This document shows positions 27,319 to 34,248 of a stretch of 64,000 nucleotides of DNA, in pieces; positions within the stretch are counted from its first letter, which is position 1, and every line of letters starts with the position of its first letter. The notes under the pieces were generated by a model, which searched no databases, was not told where the DNA came from, and was given only the letters and a program-made list of their open reading frames with translations. A program made the translations under genes and the position numbers. This stretch comes from Pirellulales bacterium (GTDB lineage: Bacteria; Planctomycetota; Planctomycetia; Pirellulales; JAICIG01): the NCBI GenBank assembly GCA_035532215.1, contig DATKRK010000356.1:1682-65681 (forward strand), read 5' to 3'.

Positions 27319-27900
27319 CTAGGCGGTTGAAGCGGCCCCCGACCGCTGCCGCCGGGCAAACAGTCCGCCGGCCAGGCCGATGTAGAACGCAAGCAGCCAG
27401 TGGGCGATCTTCTGGAATTGGTTCTTGTCGGGAAGCGTCGTCGGCCCACGGCCAAAGCTGTAGCTTATCCCACGGGTCATGCCCGCCATGCCGCTCATGC
27501 CGCCCATGCCCGTCGCGCTTGGCGCTGACGGCGCCGAGCTGGCCGCAGGACTTGCCGCGGGACTTGCCGCCGGCGCTTCGTGCTTGATTAGATCGTAAAA
27601 CTTGTCGACGATGCGAAACGTCAACAGGTCGCGCTCGTCCAAGAGCACCCGACGTTGCATGGAGGACGCCTGCCACAGCAAGAGATAGCCCAGCGCGCCG
27701 ATCAGGAACCCAACGGCAAACGCACGGCGGCGGCCTTCGCCGGCCGCCGCCACGACGGCGGCCGCGAACAGCGAAATGCAGATCGCGGTAATGATCGCCA
27801 TCGCCCATGCCGGCGAAGCGCCCGCCAAGGCGGCGGCCGAGATCGCCGCCAGCGCCACGCCGCCCATCAGCCATTTCAGCGAGAAGCGGATTGCAGTCAT
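27319..27900 (-). CDS. Hypothetical integral membrane protein
   Basis: 193 aa with four hydrophobic helices. A low-complexity loop reads APAASPAASPAASSAPSAPSATGMGGMSGMAGM. Confidence 0.6.
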   Translation of the reverse strand: MTAIRFSLKWLMGGVALAAISAAALAGASPAWAMAIITAICISLFAAAVVAAAGEGRRRAFAVGFLIGALGYLLLWQASSMQRRVLLDERDLLTFRIVDKFYDLIKHEAPAASPAASPAASSAPSAPSATGMGGMSGMAGMTRGISYSFGRGPTTLPDKNQFQKIAHWLLAFYIGLAGGLFARRQRSGAASTA

Positions 27901-28142
27901 GATCGCGCATTATACGCCCCGTGCGACCGGCTGCGAGAGTTCGAGCGGTTTCAGCCGCTTTTTGGGGTGCTTAGGGAATGAGTTCGATTTCAAACGCGCG
28001 GAAAAGAAATGGTCCTCGCGTACTTTCCACCCGAGACCGATTGCGCGGGCTGCGCCGATTCTGCGATCCGCCCAAGGCGGCGAACAGCCAGCCGAGGGCG
28101 ATGCAAAGCGTTTGCGATGCGAGAGCGACGTATATTTCCACT

Positions 28143-28709
28143 ATGTCGCCGCAAAAGATACCCGCCATCTTGCTGGTCGATGAGCACCTGGTCGTGGGCG
28201 AAGTGCAGACCCGCGGCCAGCGGCTGCTCGAAGTGCTGAACGACCATCTGACCGACTGGCTGCACGTTTACGACGTTCATCTTGCGCGCCGCGAGGCGAA
28301 GACGAGTAGCGTCGAAGCCTTGAACGAGGTGGCGATTCGCAAGTCGGAGCTGAAGCTCGCGCTGTTGGGCGGCGGCAAGCACGAGTCGCCCGAGAAGCGG
28401 CGGTTTTCCTTCGTCGACAAAAGACTGCACTTCGCCGTGGCGCTGGTCGGCGGATATGAAGTTCGCGGGCGGCTGCACCTGAAAGGCAGTTCCGACGTCG
28501 ACCGCGTGCTGGTGGAAATGAGCAACTTCGTGCCGCTGACGGAGGCCACGGTGGCGCACGCCGGAATGGCCGGCGAAAAGCTCGACGCTTCGGTCGTGCT
28601 GATCAACAAGGCGGCGATTTCCATGTTTCACGTGGGCGACAGTCTTCCCTTGGCGCCGGCCGCCGAGCCCTCGGCCGGGCCCGAGTTAGCGGAAAATCTC
28701 TCGCGTTAG
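28143..28709 (+). CDS. Hypothetical protein
   Basis: Internal ATG (MSPQKIPAILLVDEHLVVGEVQTRGQRLLEVLND...) of ORF 27978..28709. Codon usage looks coding. No motif was recognised. Confidence 0.55.
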   Translation: MSPQKIPAILLVDEHLVVGEVQTRGQRLLEVLNDHLTDWLHVYDVHLARREAKTSSVEALNEVAIRKSELKLALLGGGKHESPEKRRFSFVDKRLHFAVALVGGYEVRGRLHLKGSSDVDRVLVEMSNFVPLTEATVAHAGMAGEKLDASVVLINKAAISMFHVGDSLPLAPAAEPSAGPELAENLSR

Positions 28710-28838
28710 GCGGTCGGGCCGCGACGGCGCCGAGCGCATGCTGCGAATCCGGTTGCCCGAGTCTCGCGTCCAGGCTACCTTGCAAGAAGCTCGACCGACG
28801 CTCCGTTCATCCCACTTCCAACGCCGCCCCCTCCCCCC

Positions 28839-29684
28839 GTGCTGCTCGAAGACTTGAACCTCGAATCGCTGTTGGCCTCGGGACTGCTGGCGCGCGTGGA
28901 ACACCACCCCAGGTTGACCTCGACGAACGACCATGCACGGTTGGCCGCGACCGAAGCGGGCGAGTTGCCGCTGCTGGTAATCGCCGACGAGCAGACCGCT
29001 GGGCGAGGCCGGGGAGCGAATCGCTGGTGGACCGGCCGGGGAAGCTTGGCCTGCAGCCTGCTCTTCGAGCCGGCAGCCAGCGGCATCGAGCGGCGATATT
29101 TTTCGATGATTTCGCTGGCTGCGGCCGTGGCGATCGTCGAGACGGCGGCGCCGCTCGTGGCTCAGCGGCCGATCGGCGTGCACTGGCCTAATGACGTATT
29201 CGTATCGGACCGCAAGCTGGCCGGCATCCTGGTCGAGGCGTTGCCCGACGGCAAGCACATCGTCGGCATCGGCTGCAACGTGAACAACTCGCTGGCCGAG
29301 GCGCCGGCCGAGCTACAGAAGATCGTCACATCATTGGCCGATCTGACCGGACGATCGCAGCATCGCGCGGCCTTTTTGCTGGAGCTGCTGGAAAGGTTGC
29401 AGGCGAATCTGGGCACGCTGGCCGCGGCGCCCGAGTCGCTTGGCGAGCGCGCAAATGAATTGTGCTTGCAACGCGGCCGGCGTTTGACGTTGCAAACCGG
29501 GCAATGCGCCGGGCGAGGGCGCCCGGCCCTCCATCGCAATGCGCCGGGCGAGGGCGCCCGGCCCTCCATGAGAATCTTGGCCAGCGGCGTTTGCGCGGGG
29601 ATCGCACCCGATGGGGCGCTGCTCCTGGAGACGCCGACGGGCCTCCAGACGCACTACTCGGGCGTGCTCGTTCACGACGCGTAG
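28839..29684 (+). CDS. birA: Biotin--[acetyl-CoA-carboxylase] ligase (BirA, group I, no HTH)
   Basis: Motifs are LVIADEQTAGRGRGANRWW (GRGRxGR biotin-binding loop), HWPNDVFVSDRKLAGILVE, and C-terminal GIAPDGALLLETPTG...YSG. The C-terminal domain is interrupted in-frame by repeat family C. Confidence 0.88.
   Translation: MLLEDLNLESLLASGLLARVEHHPRLTSTNDHARLAATEAGELPLLVIADEQTAGRGRGANRWWTGRGSLACSLLFEPAASGIERRYFSMISLAAAVAIVETAAPLVAQRPIGVHWPNDVFVSDRKLAGILVEALPDGKHIVGIGCNVNNSLAEAPAELQKIVTSLADLTGRSQHRAAFLLELLERLQANLGTLAAAPESLGERANELCLQRGRRLTLQTGQCAGRGRPALHRNAPGEGARPSMRILASGVCAGIAPDGALLLETPTGLQTHYSGVLVHDA
29501..29569 (+). repeat. Repeat family C: two tandem copies (period 35 nt) of GCAATGCGCCGGGCGAGGGCGCCCGGCCCTCCAT inside birA
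   Basis: 29501-29534 and 29536-29569 are identical 34-mers. Each holds an 8-bp stem GCCGGGCG/CGCCCGGC with loop AGGG. They translate as QCAGRGRPALHRNAPGEGARPSM. Confidence 0.9.
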
Positions 29685-29702
29685 TCGAAGCCGGCGATTC
29701 CT

Positions 29703-29825
29703 ATGGAGGTCCGGGCGCCCTCGCCCGCATCGCCGAGTGCAATCTTGCAGAGGATGCACCGCGCCGGGCGAGGGCGCCCGAACCTCCAGGATAACGCGCC
29801 GGGCGAGGGCGCCCGGCCCTCCAGG
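29703..29825. repeat. Repeat family C: three more copies (one inverted) in the birA / ThuA-fusion convergent spacer
   Basis: Copies lie at 29703-29730 (inverted), 29761-29790 and 29796-29825. Confidence 0.85.
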
Positions 29826-29851
29826 TAATTGAATTCCGATCAGCTTGGTCG

Positions 29852-31426
29852 CTAAGGTTTCGCAACCGCCCAGAAAATGCCGTTGCGCAATAGGCGGCGG
29901 AAGAACGGCAGTTCGAAATCGTCGGGGTGGCCGAGCGACGTGTAAAATACGCGGCCGCCTTTCGCCGTGCGGTTCGTCCAAGCCGTCGGTTCGCCGCGCT
30001 CTTGACCTTCGACGCGGCCCATCGCCAGAGCTACGGCTGACGGCGCCAAGGGGCTGGTTTTGTAGAGCGAAGAACCGACAGCAATTTCGCCACCGGGAAT
30101 GCCGGCCAAGAGTGGATCGAGCGACTCTAGACTGGCAACGAACGTCCGCGGCTTGCCGGGAGCGGGTTCGGCGTGATGTCCGGTGTAGTGGCCGCCGAGC
30201 ACCTCGGCGTCGAATTCGGTCCAGGCCGCGTGACCTGGCGGCGGCGGTTGGTTGTTGCGCAGCGAAAAAGCGTGGCTCGCCGTGCGAATGCCGACCACCG
30301 GCTTGCCCGCGGCGACGAACGCCCGGATCCGCTCAAGCTGTTCCACAGGCGGCGTGCGGCGGCGGACGCTGACCACGAGCAAATCGGCCGTATCGAGCGC
30401 CTCCAAGCCGGGAAAATCGTTGGGGTCGCGCGGATTGGCGTGGATTACCGTGATGCGCAAGCCGCGGTCGGCCAGTTCGGCGTCGGCGAAAGCCGGCAGC
30501 GTGAGGTCAGTCTGGTATTCATCCTCGCCGATCAACAGCACGACGTGCGGCCGAGGATCGCCGCGGAACTCGAACGCCGCACCGCCCAAAAAGTCCTGGC
30601 TGGTGATCGTCGGGCGCCAATACTTCTCGATGTGCTCGATCACCCGCTCGGTGGCCCGAAAATGATCGAGCCCCGCAGGCGGCGAGCCCGAGTCGTGCAT
30701 GCTGTCGGTCATGTCGCGCATCACCACGACCTGCAGTCCTTGGGCGCAAAGCTGTCGCACGGCGAACGGCCGCCGCAGCACGCAAATATTGGCGTGCACG
30801 CCCATCACGATCACGCGATCGATGCCGCGCTGCCGCATCAGATAGATCGCCTCGGCGTTGTCGGTAATCGCGTCGCCGTCGGCGATCTCCAGCGTTTCGA
30901 TCTGCCGCTTCCACGGATGTCCGTGCGGGCATTGCGGCGTGCAGTCGCAGCGATCCTTGCGGTTCTCGAACGGCAGCGGCGGCTCTTTGCCGCCGGCGAG
31001 CGGACACCAGCCGACAGCGAGCGGCTTGAGTTCCAGCGGCGGCGCCTGTTGGGCCAGCTTCCGCCCAGGCGCGCCTTCATAAAACTTCATCGTGTCGCTG
31101 GGGCAATGGATGATAAGCACGCCGCGGCGACGGGCGGCCTTGAGCACCTCGTTCATCCGCGGCGCCATTTCAGCCACGCGCTCGGTCGCTCCGCGGCACC
31201 AATGCTGATCCCACATATCGCAAACGATGATCGCCGTCTTGGCCGGGTCCCACTCGGCCTCGCCGACGGCGACTTGAAACTTGCCGCTGCCGGCGGCCGT
31301 TTCCGCGCGGCTCCGCAAGTGCAGCCGTAGCGGCTCGGCGCCGCGAACCGGCGCCGCGATTGTCAGCACGGGAAACGCGCTCGTCAGGAACGCAACGACA
31401 AGGATCGAAAAGCTGCGAAGTTTCAT
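29852..31426 (-). CDS. Secreted fusion protein: isochorismatase-like cysteine hydrolase domain + ThuA-like (class I glutamine-amidotransferase-like) domain
   Basis: 524 aa with a signal peptide. The N-terminal half has TAIIVCDMWDQHWC, VLIIHCPSD and VIVMGVHANICV. The C-terminal half has VVLLIGEDEY, LLVVSVRRR and FYTSLGHPDDF...FRRLLRNGIFWA, typical of ThuA. Confidence 0.8.
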   Translation of the reverse strand: MKLRSFSILVVAFLTSAFPVLTIAAPVRGAEPLRLHLRSRAETAAGSGKFQVAVGEAEWDPAKTAIIVCDMWDQHWCRGATERVAEMAPRMNEVLKAARRRGVLIIHCPSDTMKFYEGAPGRKLAQQAPPLELKPLAVGWCPLAGGKEPPLPFENRKDRCDCTPQCPHGHPWKRQIETLEIADGDAITDNAEAIYLMRQRGIDRVIVMGVHANICVLRRPFAVRQLCAQGLQVVVMRDMTDSMHDSGSPPAGLDHFRATERVIEHIEKYWRPTITSQDFLGGAAFEFRGDPRPHVVLLIGEDEYQTDLTLPAFADAELADRGLRITVIHANPRDPNDFPGLEALDTADLLVVSVRRRTPPVEQLERIRAFVAAGKPVVGIRTASHAFSLRNNQPPPPGHAAWTEFDAEVLGGHYTGHHAEPAPGKPRTFVASLESLDPLLAGIPGGEIAVGSSLYKTSPLAPSAVALAMGRVEGQERGEPTAWTNRTAKGGRVFYTSLGHPDDFELPFFRRLLRNGIFWAVAKP

Positions 31427-31554
31427 GGCAATCGGTCTCGGCGTTGCAGTCGGGCGCCAGTGTCGTTCTGCCTCGCAATCACTTTAACGCAGCCGCTGGC
31501 GCGAAGCTACCATCAGCAAGCGACGTTCACCACCGCCGCTCGACGCCCACTTCG

Positions 31555-32442
31555 TCAATATTCGACGCGCAAAAAGAACCCGGCGGCGGTCCACTCGCGG
31601 AACCAGCGCTGGAGATCGGCCGCCAGCGCCTCGATTCCGTCGGGCGAGACGCGAGCCGCGCGTTCGATCGCCTCGCTCAGCGTCTGCCCTGTCGCGAGAG
31701 CGCCGAGCAACTCGAACTGCGGCCGCTGGAGCGCATGCCGGCGCACGACGTATTCCCGGCGCGTCAACGCCAGGCAGCTCTCGGCCGGCTCGGGAATCTC
31801 GGGCGATTCGTCGTTGCGCACCGCCGTGAAGTAATCGTTGAGCGGAAACTTGAGCGCCAACAGCCGCAGGCACGGCGCCGTGACGAGCCGCGCCTGCGGC
31901 CAACGTTCGACGGGAACGGCGTTCAAGTCGTCGGCCGAGAGCAGCGGCCGGCCTTCGACGCCGGGCCCGTCGAAGACTTCGCCGATCGCCCGTTCGAGCC
32001 CGGCCAACTCGATCAAAAAGTCGGGCCAAGTCTCGGTCGATCGCCCTTGGTCGTCGCGGTCGGGCCGCGTTTCTTCCAAGTACCTCGCAAACTCGGCGCC
32101 CAGGCGGTCGAGCGTGTAGCTGCGCGACGGATACCGTTCGAGATACCCCAGGGCCAATTCGTCGAACGCGTCCTCGCCGATCGTCTTGAGCGTGCAGGGA
32201 AAAACCGACTGCATGCACTCCAGCAACCGAGCGAAATAGGCGTTGGCGTAAATCGCCAGGCGCTCCTCGCCCGACAGTCGCCGAGAAGGAGCAATGACCT
32301 GTTCGATCTCGTCGGGCGAAACGGAAAGATGCCGCTGGGCCTCGTCCGACTCGACGCCGGGGCCAATGCCGCCAGGGTGCGAAATGACGGCCTGCATCCA
32401 GCGTTGCACGCGAGCAAGAGGGCTGTCGCCGTCCGGCGTCAT
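31555..32442 (-). CDS. DUF2063 domain protein (HvfC/BufC-like partner of MNIO enzymes)
   Basis: Internal ATG ([25 protein letters not shown]...[24 protein letters not shown]...[34 protein letters not shown]) of ORF 31555..33360. It has a 4-nt ATGA overlap with the DUF692 stop. Confidence 0.85.
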   Translation of the reverse strand: MTPDGDSPLARVQRWMQAVISHPGGIGPGVESDEAQRHLSVSPDEIEQVIAPSRRLSGEERLAIYANAYFARLLECMQSVFPCTLKTIGEDAFDELALGYLERYPSRSYTLDRLGAEFARYLEETRPDRDDQGRSTETWPDFLIELAGLERAIGEVFDGPGVEGRPLLSADDLNAVPVERWPQARLVTAPCLRLLALKFPLNDYFTAVRNDESPEIPEPAESCLALTRREYVVRRHALQRPQFELLGALATGQTLSEAIERAARVSPDGIEALAADLQRWFREWTAAGFFLRVEY

Positions 32443-33458
32443 TGGACTTCTCGCGGCACGAAGTGGATCGGATGAGGGGTCGTCTCCGCGGCGGCCCCGA
32501 CCTCGAGCCGGTGCGGCCTTCTCGCCTCGGCGAACACCTCCTCCGGCGAGCGGGGGGCGTAAGCCCCCCGGTCTTTCGGCGCCGCGGCAGCATTTGCCCA
32601 CCCGGAGGCTGACGCCTCCGGCTCGCCTTCGGCCGACGTCATATACTGCCGCGCCTTCAGCACCTCGGCATGCACCACGGGAAACGGCGGAATGCGGGCG
32701 TCCCATTCCAGCAGCGTCGCCATGCCGCCGGTCAACGCGTGGGCGCGGCGATACAGCCGCCAAACCGCGTCGATCACGTGGTTGTCGTGCGTGTCGATCA
32801 AATGCGTTTCGCAGTTCGTGTGCCCGGCCAGGTGGCATTGCACGATCCGCTCGTGCGGCACGCGTTCGATGTATTCCAGCGGATCGAAGTCGTGATTCAC
32901 GCTTGAAACGTAGACGTTGTTCACGTCCAGCAACAATCCGCAATCGGCCTCGTCCGCCATCCGCGACAGAAATTCCCACTCGCTGATGGTCGAACTGGCG
33001 AACGTCACGTAGCTGCTCGGGTTCTCCAGCACCAGCGGGCGCTCGAGATAGTCTTGCACCGTGCGAATCCGCCGGACGACGTGAGCCAGCGTCTCTTCGT
33101 TGAGCGGCAAAGGCAACAAGTCGTGAGCGTTGAGCCCCAGGACGCCCGTCCAGCAGAGATGGTCGGAAATCCAGTGCGGGCGGATCGCGTCGGCCAGGCG
33201 CTTGAGCCGCGACAGGTAATCGAAGTCGAGCGGATCGGTGCTGCCGATCGACAGCGAAACGCCGTGCATGACGACCGGATAACGCTCGACGATCTGGTCG
33301 AGCACGTATCGCGGCCGTCCCTGCGAGTCCATGAAGTTCTCGGAAATGATCTCGAACCAATCGACTTGGGGCGCATGCTCGAGGAGATAGGCGAAGTGAG
33401 CCGTGCGCAACCCTACGCCCAAACCGAGATTGGCGTGTCCAAGCCGAGGAGCGGTCAT
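32439..33458 (-). CDS. DUF692 family multinuclear non-heme iron oxidative enzyme (MNIO; MbnB/HvfB/BufB-like)
   Basis: Internal ATG gives [22 protein letters not shown]...[12 protein letters not shown]...[12 protein letters not shown]...ISDHLCW...HDLLPLP...LVLENPSSY...[17 protein letters not shown]...QCHLAGH. A C-terminal tail of about 65 aa contains repeat family A. Confidence 0.9.
   Translation of the reverse strand: MTAPRLGHANLGLGVGLRTAHFAYLLEHAPQVDWFEIISENFMDSQGRPRYVLDQIVERYPVVMHGVSLSIGSTDPLDFDYLSRLKRLADAIRPHWISDHLCWTGVLGLNAHDLLPLPLNEETLAHVVRRIRTVQDYLERPLVLENPSSYVTFASSTISEWEFLSRMADEADCGLLLDVNNVYVSSVNHDFDPLEYIERVPHERIVQCHLAGHTNCETHLIDTHDNHVIDAVWRLYRRAHALTGGMATLLEWDARIPPFPVVHAEVLKARQYMTSAEGEPEASASGWANAAAAPKDRGAYAPRSPEEVFAEARRPHRLEVGAAAETTPHPIHFVPREVQ
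32602..32627. repeat. Repeat family A copy inside the 3' tail of the DUF692 gene
   Basis: CCGGAGGCTGACGCCTCCGGCTCGCC is identical to 39909-39934. It is read on the - strand as GEPEASASG. Confidence 0.9.
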
Positions 33459-33523
33459 CGCGTGAGAACTCGAGTCATTGACCCGGTGCAGAGCGTGGTT
33501 ATCAAGCGGCAAGGGCGCCGCTT

Positions 33524-33976
33524 CTACTTCTTTTCCTTCGGCGCCGGTCCGACCTTCTTGCCGTCTTTCTTCATCAACTCTTCGAACCGCTTGCGGGCTT
33601 TGTCCCACGCCTTGCCGTGCAAAGGCACCGCGCACTCGCCCTTGCCTTTGCAGGCGTTCTCGCCCGGATGGGCGCCGCAGCCGCCTTGGCCCTTGCACTG
33701 GTTGTCGGTGTGGCAGCTATGCTCCTTGGCCGTGGCGCAGGCGCCTTGCCCGGCGCAGGCGTTTTTCTTGCCGGCGCCCTTGCCCTTGCAGGTGTTCAAG
33801 CCGCGGCAAACGTGCGGATCGCTCAGCAGCGGATTCTTTTCTTTGCCTTTGCCCTTGCCTTCATCCTTGCCTTTGTCCTCAGCGGCCCCGGCGGCGCTGA
33901 TGCCGACGAGCATCCCGCCAAAAGCGGCCATCGAAAGCCGCTGAAAGTCGCGGCGGTTCAGTTCCGAGTTGTCCAT
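33524..33976 (-). CDS. Tat-signal Cys-rich repeat protein, putative MNIO substrate (DUF2282/bufferin-related?)
   Basis: 150 aa. The twin-arginine leader is [32 protein letters not shown], followed by a Lys/Gly/Glu-rich linker. Nine Cys then sit in repeated N-x-C-[KA]-G-x-G-x-C units ([60 protein letters not shown]). It lies 65 nt upstream of the DUF692 gene. Confidence 0.7.
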   Translation of the reverse strand: MDNSELNRRDFQRLSMAAFGGMLVGISAAGAAEDKGKDEGKGKGKEKNPLLSDPHVCRGLNTCKGKGAGKKNACAGQGACATAKEHSCHTDNQCKGQGGCGAHPGENACKGKGECAVPLHGKAWDKARKRFEELMKKDGKKVGPAPKEKK

Positions 33977-34248
33977 TTAACTCTCCTTTGTTAGCAGGCG
34001 GGTCGACAAGGTTTGCTTGATTGGCGCAATTAACCACCCCATATCATACCTCGCCGGCGCGGGCCATGTCGAAAAAAGCGGCTGGCCTCTCGTCATGGGC
34101 GGAAAGCAGCGGTTGAGGAGATGAGGCATTGGCTCTTCTCGCAAACTTCCTCTAGCCCTCGGCGGGCCTTTTTGCGAAACTTGCCGCCTTACCCAGCTTA
34201 GCGGATCAGTTTTTTCGCAAACGCTTGACGAATGCTGGAAGAATTTGC

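Noticed and set aside
29501-29825. Possible CRISPR array (five copies of a ~30-nt GC-rich repeat)
   Set aside because: Spacing is irregular (gaps of 1, ~133, ~30 and ~5 nt) and one copy is inverted. Two copies lie inside birA, and no cas genes are present. It is a dispersed palindromic repeat family.
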